A stretch of 26,436 nucleotides of DNA, from assembly GCA_043228905.1 (NCBI GenBank), contig JBHGNT010000427.1, positions 1 through 26,436 of the forward strand, written 5' to 3'. Below are positions 1 to 9,987 of the stretch, piece by piece (the first letter of the stretch is position 1; every line of letters starts with the position of its first letter). The position numbers and the translations under genes are program-made. The notes beneath the pieces were generated by a model that was given only the letters and a program-made list of their open reading frames with translations, ran no database searches and had not been told where the DNA came from. The stretch is from Azolla caroliniana. Its lineage: Eukaryota > Plantae > Polypodiophyta.

Positions 1-78
1 AGACGCACTTGTTCGTAAACACTTACGAGAAATTAGAGAGAGACCACGAGAATAATTTGAACAAGGTTTATGTACTAT

Positions 79-864
79 TTAGAAGCGACGAATACAAGCA
101 CGAGGGCGAAGATCGCACTGTTGGAGTAGGCGGGAGGCGGCGACGCCTAGAGCTCTTTCCTCGTCATCGGCCTTGAATTGGCGACGTTGTTGACGTTCGT
201 CCTCTTGTCGTCGAGACATGCGGTGGCGGCGTTCGTCACCCTCTCGTCGCTCACGGCTGCTATCTCTCTCGCGCTCCTCGTCCTCTTCCTCCCAGCTACG
301 GTGTTCCCTTGATTGTTGGCCATGGCGTCGGCCTTCATCATTGCGTCGTTCCTCCTCGTCAGCATACAAGGCATCACGTAGGCGATCGCATCGATCTTCG
401 GCGGGGATTCGTTCGACGTTCCTGCAGCACCGTTCCGAGGGTCTTGAGTATCGAGTGTTTTCGATCCATGGGGAGCGACGTCCTTGTTCACCTTCCTCTC
501 TTTCGGAGCGCTCTTGTAGCTCTCGGATCTGCTTGTCGATGAAATCACCGCACTCTCGCCTCAGTTCCTCGTCACGTGGCTCATCGCGACCACGGCTACG
601 ACGTTCCCTTTCCTCTTCGGAGTCTCTCTTGTTGTCTCTGTAGCGGCGCCCCTCCTCAAGGAACCCCTCACGACGTCGCTCGCGCCTCTCGTCATCGCAC
701 TCCCCCTCTCGGCGTCGATCGCGCCTCTCCTCGTCAATGTCTCCCTCACGACGTCGATCGCGTCGCTCCTCTTCACGGTCCCGCCCTACAGACCTAGCAT
801 TGGCCGCGGTACACGCGGCGAGCATGATCACGGCCATGAGGAATACGGAAGTAAGCTTTGCCAT
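79..864 (-). CDS. Copy 1: secreted Arg/Glu-rich 2S albumin-like (prolamin superfamily) storage protein precursor, 261 aa, intact
   Basis: MAKL start, hydrophobic signal peptide with A-N-A cleavage motif (aa 21-23). Motifs LRREC(105)GDFI, ERC(146)C(147)RNVERIPAEDRC(159)DRL and ASRLLQQC(250)DLRPRAC(257) match the 2S-albumin helices. Intronless, with TATA and RY elements upstream. The family call is by motif recognition, not a database search. Confidence 0.85.
   Translation of the reverse strand: MAKLTSVFLMAVIMLAACTAANARSVGRDREEERRDRRREGDIDEERRDRRREGECDDERRERRREGFLEEGRRYRDNKRDSEEERERRSRGRDEPRDEELRRECGDFIDKQIRELQERSEREEGEQGRRSPWIENTRYSRPSERCCRNVERIPAEDRCDRLRDALYADEEERRNDEGRRHGQQSREHRSWEEEDEERERDSSRERREGDERRHRMSRRQEDERQQRRQFKADDEERALGVAASRLLQQCDLRPRACIRRF
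664..780 (-). repeat. Intragenic 39-bp (13-aa) tandem repeat x3, present in each unit
   Basis: aa 29-67: DREEERRDRRREG / DIDEERRDRRREG / ECDDERRERRREG. Confidence 0.9.
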
Positions 865-930
865 TGCGATTGTCCTTATGATCCCGGTGCTTGTCTCCTA
901 ATGGATTGTATTGACATTGCTCCCTCCACC

Positions 931-941
931 TTTAATATATA
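931..941 (-). promoter_or_regulatory. TATA box (repeated in every unit)
   Basis: The minus strand reads TATATATTAAA about 70 bp upstream of the ATG at 864, in an otherwise GC-rich context. Confidence 0.8.
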
Positions 942-949
942 CACATGGC

Positions 950-973
950 CATGCAATCAGAGCACATGCATGT
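950..973. promoter_or_regulatory. RY/Sph elements (B3-domain ABI3/FUS3/LEC2-type sites), repeated in every unit
   Basis: CATGCA at 950-955 and a perfect CATGCATG at 965-972 (within the palindrome ACATGCATGT), immediately upstream of the TATA box. This is a hallmark of plant storage-protein promoters. Confidence 0.75.
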
Positions 974-996
974 CACTCACCACTCCCATTACCATA

Positions 997-1224
997 ACGT
1001 GTGTGTCCTGCGTACAACTCTTGCCCAAGACCCATACCAACTAGTCCACCCTCCCACACGTCTAGGCTAGTCCTAGGTGTCGTATTGTCACCAGACAATC
1101 TGGGCGCAACCTGTAGCGGGTACTCCTCCTCCTCGCGCGAGAGCTTGTCGAGCAACATAACATTTATACATACATAGGTAAATGTGCGCACTCGCGCGTG
1201 CGCGTAGGGGTGTGCGGGCACGTG
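997..1224. promoter_or_regulatory. ABRE-like ACGT cores, CE3-like CGCGTG and G-box (repeated in every unit)
   Basis: ACGTGT at 997-1002, ACACGT at 1056-1061, CGCGTG at 1195-1200 and CACGTG at 1219-1224. These are short motifs, supported mainly by their position next to RY and TATA. Confidence 0.5.
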
Positions 1225-1572
1225 CACATTAAACTAGAACGCGCTAGTGCCGAGACACTAAGCACGCGGAGGCTACTGCGGGACGAGTGGTGGCTCCCGA
1301 GTGTGCTACATCGATGAACGTAGATAGACCGGTGTCCGTACTCGCTCGTTCGGACGGACGAGGGGTTGGTAACGACGACGACAAGGAAAGCTAACCGGAC
1401 TACCACACTAGGAGTGTCCTATCGGGCAAGTGTGGAAGCAAGTTCACATTCGCCGCGTGTACAAGTTGACCTTAGCCTTAGCCGTTGCCGTGGCGTGTGC
1501 GGTATGGGTGTCCTGCTTTGATGTTTTTTTTTCCGTTTGGGTGGTTTGCGGTCCCTATAGGCAAATTCTATG

Positions 1573-1634
1573 CGTTGGTGCTCGTGTTTACGTTCGTGTT
1601 GGAGGGACGTTGGTGCTCGTGTTTACGTTCGTGT
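1573..1634. repeat. 27-bp perfect direct repeat x2 (35-bp period) in the spacer, present in each unit
   Basis: CGTTGGTGCTCGTGTTTACGTTCGTGT at 1573-1599 and 1608-1634. Confidence 0.95.
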
Positions 1635-1733
1635 GGGTGTAATGCGCGATTGGGGAGACGCACTTGTTCGTAAACACTTACGAGAAATTAGAGAGAGACC
1701 ACGAGAATAATTTGAACAAGGTTTATGTACTAT

Positions 1734-2519
1734 TTAGAAGCGACGAATACAAGCACGAGGGCGAAGATCGCACTGTTGGAGTAGGCGGGAGGCGGCGACG
1801 CCTAGAGCTCTTTCCTCGTCATCGGCCTTGAATTGGCGACGTTGTTGACGTTCGTCCTCTTGTCGTCGAGACATGCGGTGGCGGCGTTCGTCACCCTCTC
1901 GTCGCTCACGGCTGCTATCTCTCTCGCGCTCCTCGTCCTCTTCCTCCCAGCTACGGTGTTCCCTTGATTGTTGGCCATGGCGTCGGCCTTCATCATTGCG
2001 TCGTTCCTCCTCGTCAGCATACAAGGCATCACGTAGGCGATCGCATCGATCTTCGGCGGGGATTCGTTCGACGTTCCTGCAGCACCGTTCCGAGGGTCTT
2101 GAGTATCGAGTGTTTTCGATCCATGGGGAGCGACGTCCTTGTTCACCTTCCTCTCTTTCGGAGCGCTCTTGTAGCTCTCGGATCTGCTTGTCGATGAAAT
2201 CACCGCACTCTCGCCTCAGTTCCTCGTCACGTGGCTCATCGCGACCACGGCTACGACGTTCCCTTTCCTCTTCGGAGTCTCTCTTGTTGTCTCTGTAGCG
2301 GCGCCCCTCCTCAAGGAACCCCTCACGACGTCGCTCGCGCCTCTCGTCATCGCACTCCCCCTCTCGGCGTCGATCGCGCCTCTCCTCGTCAATGTCTCCC
2401 TCACGACGTCGATCGCGTCGCTCCTCTTCACGGTCCCGCCCTACAGACCTAGCATTGGCCGCGGTACACGCGGCGAGCATGATCACGGCCATGAGGAATA
2501 CGGAAGTAAGCTTTGCCAT
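1734..2519 (-). CDS. Copy 2: 2S albumin-like storage protein precursor, 261 aa, intact
   Basis: Translation identical to copy 1. Confidence 0.85.
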   Translation of the reverse strand: MAKLTSVFLMAVIMLAACTAANARSVGRDREEERRDRRREGDIDEERRDRRREGECDDERRERRREGFLEEGRRYRDNKRDSEEERERRSRGRDEPRDEELRRECGDFIDKQIRELQERSEREEGEQGRRSPWIENTRYSRPSERCCRNVERIPAEDRCDRLRDALYADEEERRNDEGRRHGQQSREHRSWEEEDEERERDSSRERREGDERRHRMSRRQEDERQQRRQFKADDEERALGVAASRLLQQCDLRPRACIRRF

Positions 2520-3388
2520 TGCGATTGTCCTTATGATCCCGGTGCTTGTCTCCTAATGGATTGTATTGACATTGCTCCCTCCACCTTTAATATATACACA
2601 TGGCCATGCAATCAGAGCACATGCATGTCACTCACCACTCCCATTACCATAACGTGTGTGTCCTGCGTACAACTCTTGCCCAAGACCCATACCAACTAGT
2701 CCACCCTCCCACACGTCTAGGCTAGTCCTAGGTGTCGTATTGTCACCAGACAATCTGGGCGCAACCTGTAGCGGGTACTCCTCCTCCTCGCGCGAGAGCT
2801 TGTCGAGCAACATAACATTTATACATACATAGGTAAATGTGCGCACTCGCGCGTGCGCGTAGGGGTGTGCGGGCACGTGCACATTAAACTAGAACGCGCT
2901 AGTGCCGAGACACTAAGCACGCGGAGGCTACTGCGGGACGAGTGGTGGCTCCCGAGTGTGCTACATCGATGAACGTAGATAGACCGGTGTCCGTACTCGC
3001 TCGTTCGGACGGACGAGGGGTTGGTAACGACGACGACAAGGAAAGCTAACCGGACTACCACACTAGGAGTGTCCTATCGGGCAAGTGTGGAAGCAAGTTC
3101 ACATTCGCCGCGTGTACAAGTTGACCTTAGCCTTAGCCGTTGCCGTGGCGTGTGCGGTATGGGTGTCCTGCTTTGATGTTTTTTTTTCCGTTTGGGTGGT
3201 TTGCGGTCCCTATAGGCAAATTCTATGCGTTGGTGCTCGTGTTTACGTTCGTGTTGGAGGGACGTTGGTGCTCGTGTTTACGTTCGTGTGGGTGTAATGC
3301 GCGATTGGGGAGACGCACTTGTTCGTAAACACTTACGAGAAATTAGAGAGAGACCACGAGAATAATTTGAACAAGGTTTATGTACTAT

Positions 3389-4157
3389 TTAGAAGCGACG
3401 AATACAAGCACGAGGGCGAAGATCGCACTGTTGGAGTAGGCGGGAGGCGGCGACGCCTAGAGCTCTTTCCTCGTCATCGGCCTTGAATTGGCGACGTTGT
3501 TGACGTTCGTCCTCTTGTCGTCGAGACATGCGGTGGCGGCGTTCGTCACCCTCTCGTCGCTCACGGCTGCTATCTCTCTCGCGCTCCTCGTCCTCTTCCT
3601 CCCAGCTACGGTGTTCCCTTGATTGTTGGCCATGGCGTCGGCCTTCATCATTGCGTCGTTCCTCCTCGTCAGCATACAAGGCATCACGTAGGCGATCGCA
3701 TCGATCTTCGGCGGGGATTCGTTCGACGTTCCTGCAGCACCGTTCCGAGGGTCTTGAGTATCGAGTGTTTTCGATCCATGGGGAGCGACGTCCTTGTTCA
3801 CCTTCCTCTCTTTCGGAGCGCTCTTGTAGCTCTCGGATCTGCTTGTCGATGAAATCACCGCACTCTCGCCTCAGTTCCTCGTCACGTGGCTCATCGCGAC
3901 CACGGCTACGACGTTCCCTTTCCTCTTCGGAGTCTCTCTTGTTGTCTCTGTAGCGGCGCCCCTCCTCAAGGAACCCCTCACGACGTCGCTCGCGCCTCTC
4001 GTCATCGCACTCCCCCTCTCGGCGTCGATCGCGCCTCTCCTCGTCAATGTCTCCCTCACGACGTCGATCGCGTCGCTCCTCTTCACGGTCCCGCCCTACA
4101 GACCTAGCATTGGCCGCGGTACACGCGGCGAGCATGATCACGAGTAAGCTTTGCCAT
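3389..4157 (-). pseudogene. Copy 3: 17-bp deletion in the signal-peptide coding region (frameshift; possibly an artefact)
   Basis: GCCATGAGGAATACGGA is missing at 4142/4143. The rest of the ORF is intact from the internal Met14 at 4135. Confidence 0.65.
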
Positions 4158-5025
4158 TGCGATTGTCCTTATGATCCCGGTGCTTGTCTCCTAATGGATT
4201 GTATTGACATTGCTCCCTCCACCTTTAATATATACACATGGCCATGCAATCAGAGCACATGCAATGTCACTCACCACCTCCCATTTACCATAACGTGTGT
4301 GTCCTGCGTACAACTCTTGCCCAAGACCCATACCAACTAGTCCACCCTCCACACGTCTAGGCTAGTCCTAGGTGGTCGTATTGTCACCAGACAATCTGGG
4401 CGCAACCTGTAGCGGGTACTCCTCCTCCTCGCGCGAGAGCTTGTCGAGCAACATAACATTTATACATACATAGGTAAATGTGCGCACTCGCGCGTGCGCG
4501 TAGGGGTGTGCGGGCACGTGCACATTAAACTAGAACGCGCTAGTGCCGAGACACTAAGCACGCGGAGGCTACTGCGGGACGAGTGGTGGCTCCCGAGTGT
4601 GCTACATCGATGAACGTAGATAGACCGGTGTCCGTACTCGCTCGTTCGGACGGACGAGGGGTTGTAACGACGACGACAAGGAAAGCTAACCGGACTACCA
4701 CACTAGGAGTGTCCTATCGGCAAGTGTGGAAGCAAGTTCACATTCGCCGCGTGTACAAGTTGACCTTAGCCTTAGCCGTTGCCGTGGCGTGTGCGGTATG
4801 GGTGTCCTGCTTTGATGTTTTTTTTCCGTTTGGGTGTTTGCGGTCCCTATAGGCAAATTCTATGCGTTGGTGCTCGTGTTTACGTTCGTGTTGGAGGACG
4901 TTGGTGCTCGTGTTTACGTTCGTGTGGGTGGTAATGCGCGATTGGGGAGACGCACTTGTTCGTAAACACTTACGAGAAATTAGAGAGAGACCACGAGAAT
5001 AATTTGAACAAGGTTTATGTACTAT

Positions 5026-5813
5026 TTAGAAGCGACGAATACAAGCACGAGGGCGAAGATCGCACTGTTGGAGTAGGCGGGAGGCGGCGACGCCTAGAGC
5101 TCTTTCCTCGTCATCGGCCTTGAATGGCGACGTTTTGTTGACGTTCGTCCTCTTGTCGTCGAGACATGCGGTGGCGGCGTTCGTCACCCTCTCGTCGCTC
5201 ACGGCTGCTATCTCTCTCGCGCTCCTCGTCCTCTTCCTCCCAGCTACGGTGTTCCCTTGATTGTTGCCATGGCGTCGGCCTTCATCATTGCGTCGTTCCT
5301 CCTCGTCAGCATACAAGGCATCACGTAGGCGATCGCAATCGATCTTCGGCGGGGATTCGTTCGACGTTCCTGCAGCACCGTTCCGAGGGTCTTGAGTATC
5401 GAGTGTTTTCGATCCATGGGGAGCGACGTCCTTGTTCACCTTCCTCTCTTTCGGAGCGCTCTTGTAGCTCTCGGATCTGCTTGTCGATGAAATCACCGCA
5501 CTCTCGCCTCAGTTCCTCGTCACGTGGCTCATCGCGACCACCGGCTACGACGTTCCCTTTCCTCTTCGGAGTCTCTCTTGTTGTCTCTGTAGCGGCGCCC
5601 CTCCTCAAGGAACCCCTCACGACGTCGCTCGCGCCTCTCGTCATCGCACTCCCCCTCTCGGCGTCGATCGCGCCTCTCCTCGTCAATGTCTCCCTCACGA
5701 CGTCGATCGCGTCGCTCCTCTTCACGGTCCCGCCCTACAGACCTAGCATTGGCCGCGGTACACGCGGCGAGCATGATCACGGCCATGAGGAATACGGAAG
5801 TAAGCTTTGCCAT
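5026..5813 (-). pseudogene. Copy 4: several 1-bp indels (probably sequencing errors)
   Basis: Protein segments are split over several frames (ORFs 5529..5813, 5321..5725, 5026..5496). Confidence 0.6.
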
Positions 5814-6681
5814 TGCGATTGTCCTATGATCCCGGTGCTTGTCTCCTAATGGATTGTATTGACATTGCTCCCTCCACCTTTAATATATACACATGGCCAT
5901 GCAATCAGAGCACATGCATGTCACTCACCACTCCCATTACCATAACGTGTGTGTCCTGCGTACAACTCTTGCCCAAGACCCATACCAACTAGTCCACCCT
6001 CCCACACGTCTAGGCTAGTCCTAGGTGTCGTATTGTCACCAGACAATCTGGGCGCAACCTGTAGCGGGTACTCCTCCTCCTCGCGCGAGAGCTTGTCGAG
6101 CAACATAACATTTATACATACATAGGTAAATGTGCGCACTCGCGCGTGCGCGTAGGGGTGTGCGGGCACGTGCACATTAAACTAGAACGCGCTAGTGCCG
6201 AGACACTAAGCACGCGGAGGCTACTGCGGGACGAGTGGTGGCTCCCGAGTGTGCTACATCGATGAACGTAGATAGACCGGTGTCCGTACTCGCTCGTTCG
6301 GACGGACGAGGGGTTGGTAACGACGACGACAAGGAAAGCTAACCGGACTACCACACTAGGAGTGTCCTATCGGGCAAGTGTGGAAGCAAGTTCACATTCG
6401 CCGCGTGTACAAGTTGACCTTAGCCTTAGCCGTTGCCGTGGCGTGTGCGGTATGGGTGTCCTGCTTTGATGTTTTTTTTTCCGTTTGGGTGGTTTGCGGT
6501 CCCTATAGGCAAATTCTATGCGTTGGTGCTCGTGTTTACGTTCGTGTTGGAGGGACGTTGGTGCTCGTGTTTACGTTCGTGTGGGTGTAATGCGCGATTG
6601 GGGAGACGCACTTGTTCGTAAACACTTACGAGAAATTAGAGAGAGACCACGAGAATAATTTGAACAAGGTTTATGTACTAT

Positions 6682-7467
6682 TTAGAAGCGACGAATACAA
6701 GCACGAGGGCGAAGATCGCACTGTTGGAGTAGGCGGGAGGCGGCGACGCCTAGAGCTCTTTCCTCGTCATCGGCCTTGAATTGGCGACGTTGTTGACGTT
6801 CGTCCTCTTGTCGTCGAGACATGCGGTGGCGGCGTTCGTCACCCTCTCGTCGCTCACGGCTGCTATCTCTCTCGCGCTCCTCGTCCTCTTCCTCCCAGCT
6901 ACGGTGTTCCCTTGATTGTTGGCCATGGCGTCGGCCTTCATCATTGCGTCGTTCTCTCCTCGTCAGCATACAAGGCATCACGTAGGCGATCGCATCGATC
7001 TTCGGCGGGGATTCGTTCGACGTTCCTGCAGCACCGTTCCGAGGGTCTTGAGTATCGAGTGTTTTCGATCCATGGGGAGCGACGTCCTTGTTCACCTTCC
7101 TCTCTTTCGGAGCGCTCTTGTAGCTCTCGGATCTGCTTGTCGATGAATCACCGCACTCTCGCCTCAGTTCCTCGTCACGTGGCTCATCGCGACCACGGCT
7201 ACGACGTTCCCTTTCCTCTTCGGAGTCTCTCTTGTTGTCTCTGTAGCGGCCGCCCCTCCACAAGGAACCCCTCACGACGTCCGCTCGCGCCTCTCGTCAT
7301 CGCACTCCCCTCTCGGCGTCGATCGCGCCTCTCCTCGTCAATGTCTCCCTCACGACGTCGATCGCGTCGCTCCTCTTCACGGTCCCGCCCTACAGACCTA
7401 GCATTGGCCGCGGTACACGCGGCGAGCATGATCACGGCCATGAGGAATACGGAAGTAAGCTTTGCAT
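6682..7467 (-). pseudogene. Copy 5: several 1-bp indels (probably sequencing errors)
   Basis: A frameshift immediately after the ATG (tttgcat instead of tttgccat) and further indels near 6955, 7146, 7250-7310. Confidence 0.6.
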
Positions 7468-8335
7468 TGCGATTGTCCTTATGATCCCGGTGCTTGTCTC
7501 CTAATGGATTGTATTGACATTGCTCCCTCCACCTTTAATATATACACATGGCCATGCAATCAGAGCACATGCATGTCACTCACCACTCCCATTACCATAA
7601 CGTGTGTGTCCTGCGTACAACTCTTGCCCAAGACCATACCAACTAGTCCACCCTCCCACACGTCTAGGCTAGTCCTAGGTGTCGTATTGTCACCAGACAA
7701 TCTGGGCGCAACCTGTAGCGGGTACTCCTCCTCCTCGCGCGAGAGCTTGTCGAGCAACATAACATTTATACATACATAGGTAAATGTGCGCACTCGCGCG
7801 TGCGCGTAGGGGTGTGCGGGCACGTGCACATTAAACTAGAACGCGCTAGTGCCGAGACACTAAGCACGCGGAGGCTACTGCGGGACGAGTGGTGGCTCCC
7901 GAGTGTGCTACATCGATGAACGTAGATAGACCGGTGTCCGTACTCGCTCGTTCGGACGGACGAGGGGTTGGTAACGACGACGACAAGGAAAGCTAACCGG
8001 ACTACCACACTAGGAGTGTCCTATCGGGCAAGTGTGGAAGCAAGTTCACATTCGCCGCGTGTACAAGTTGACCTTAGCCTTAGCCGTTGCCGTGGCGTGT
8101 GCGGTATGGGTGTCCTGCTTTGATGTTTTTTTTTCCGTTTGGGTGGTTTGCGGTCCCTATAGGCAAATTCTATGCGTTGGTGCTCGTGTTTACGTTCGTG
8201 TTGGAGGGACGTTGGTGCTCGTGTTTACGTTCGTGTGGGTGTAATGCGCGATTGGGGAGACGCACTTGTTCGTAAACACTTACGAGAAATTAGAGAGAGA
8301 CCACGAGAATAATTTGAACAAGGTTTATGTACTAT

Positions 8336-9120
8336 TTAGAAGCGACGAATACAAGCACGAGGGCGAAGATCGCACTGTTGGAGTAGGCGGGAGGCGGCGA
8401 CGCCTAGAGCTCTTTCCTCGTCATCGGCCTTGAATTGGCGACGTTGTTGACGTTCGTCCTCTTGTCGTCGAGACATGCGGTGGCGGCGTTCGTCACCCTC
8501 TCGTCGCTCACGGCTGCTATCTCTCTCGCGCTCCTCGTCCTCTTCCTCCCAGCTACGGTGTTCCCTTGATTGTTGGCCATGGCGTCGGCCTTCATCATTG
8601 CGTCGTTCCTCCTCGTCAGCATACAAGGCATCACGTAGGCGATCGCATCGATCTTCGGCGGGGATTCGTTCGACGTTCCTGCAGCACCGTTCCGAGGGTC
8701 TTGAGTATCGAGTGTTTTCGATCCATGGGAGCGACGTCCTTGTTCACCTTCCTCTCTTTCGGAGCGCTCTTGTAGCTCTCGGATCTGCTTGTCGATGAAA
8801 TCACCGCACTCTCGCCTCAGTTCCTCGTCACGTGGCTCATCGCGACCACGGCTACGACGTTCCCTTTCCTCTTCGGAGTCTCTCTTGTTGTCTCTGTAGC
8901 GGCGCCCCTCCTCAAGGAACCCCTCACGACGTCGCTCGCGCCTCTCGTCATCGCACTCCCCCTCTCGGCGTCGATCGCGCCTCTCCTCGTCAATGTCTCC
9001 CTCACGACGTCGATCGCGTCGCTCCTCTTCACGGTCCCGCCCTACAGACCTAGCATTGGCCGCGGTACACGCGGCGAGCATGATCACGGCCATGAGGAAT
9101 ACGGAAGTAAGCTTTGCCAT
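8336..9120 (-). pseudogene. Copy 6: single homopolymer deletion (probably a sequencing error)
   Basis: CATGGGGAG becomes CATGGGAG near 8728, shifting the frame after QGRRS. Confidence 0.6.
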
Positions 9121-9987
9121 TGCGATTGTCCTTATGATCCCGGTGCTTGTCTCCTAATGGATTGTATTGACATTGCTCCCTCCACCTTTAATATATACAC
9201 ATGGCCATGCAATCAGAGCACATGCATGTCACTCACCACTCCCATTACCATAACGTGTGTGTCCTGCGTACAACTCTTGCCCAAGACCCATACCAACTAG
9301 TCCACCCTCCCACACGTCTAGGCTAGTCCTAGGTGTCGTATTGTCACCAGACAATCTGGCGCAACCTGTAGCGGGTACTCCTCCTCCTCGCGCGAGAGCT
9401 TGTCGAGCAACATAACATTTATACATACATAGGTAAATGTGCGCACTCGCGCGTGCGCGTAGGGGTGTGCGGGCACGTGCACATTAAACTAGAACGCGCT
9501 AGTGCCGAGACACTAAGCACGCGGAGGCTACTGCGGGACGAGTGGTGGCTCCCGAGTGTGCTACATCGATGAACGTAGATAGACCGGTGTCCGTACTCGC
9601 TCGTTCGGACGGACGAGGGGTTGGTAACGACGACGACAAGGAAAGCTAACGGACTACCACACTAGGAGTGTCTATCGGGCAAGTGTGGAAGCAAAGTTCA
9701 CATTCGCCGCGTGTACAAGTTGACCTTAGGCCTTAGCCGTTGCCGTGGCGTGTGCGGTATGGGTGTCCTGCTTTGATGTTTTTTTTCCGTTTGGGTGGTT
9801 TGCGGTCCCTATAGGCAAATTCTATGCGTTGGTGCTCGTGTTTACGTTCGTGTTGGAGGGACGTTGGTGCTCGTGTTTACGTTCGTGTGGGTGTAATGCG
9901 CGATTGGGGAGACGCACTTGTTCGTAAACACTTACGAGAAATTAGAGAGAGACCACGAGAATAATTTGAACAAGGTTTATGTACTAT

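Noticed and set aside
13-28. Small hairpin TCGTAA-ACAC-TTACGA in the 3' region
   Set aside because: A 6-bp stem is expected by chance. Bacterial-type terminators are irrelevant here, and no canonical AATAAA was seen to anchor a 3' end.
147-797. Overlapping alternative-frame and antisense ORFs (133, 141, 77, 71, 73 aa) in every unit
   Set aside because: These are shadows of a GC-rich, low-complexity coding sequence. The Ser/Arg-rich antisense ORF mirrors Glu/Arg codons. They have no recognisable domain or promoter.
79-864. Alternative calls: vicilin N-terminal CxxxC repeats, LEA protein, trichohyalin- or SR-like protein, nsLTP
   Set aside because: No CxxxC pairs, cupin domain or LEA 11-mer/K-segments. 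Similarity to ER-rich animal proteins is compositional only. The signal peptide with CC and terminal Cys motifs fits 2S albumin-like proteins best.
1309-1323. CATCGATGAACGTAG resembles the 5.8S rRNA motif GCATCGATGAAGAACGTAGC
   Set aside because: Three bases are missing and the flanks show no 5.8S similarity. I recognised no 5S, snRNA or tRNA gene in the spacer.
973-1673. Spacer ORFs of 84, 80, 70 and 62 aa
   Set aside because: Short, mostly non-ATG starts, overlapping promoter elements, no recognisable motifs. Their recurrence reflects only repeat identity.
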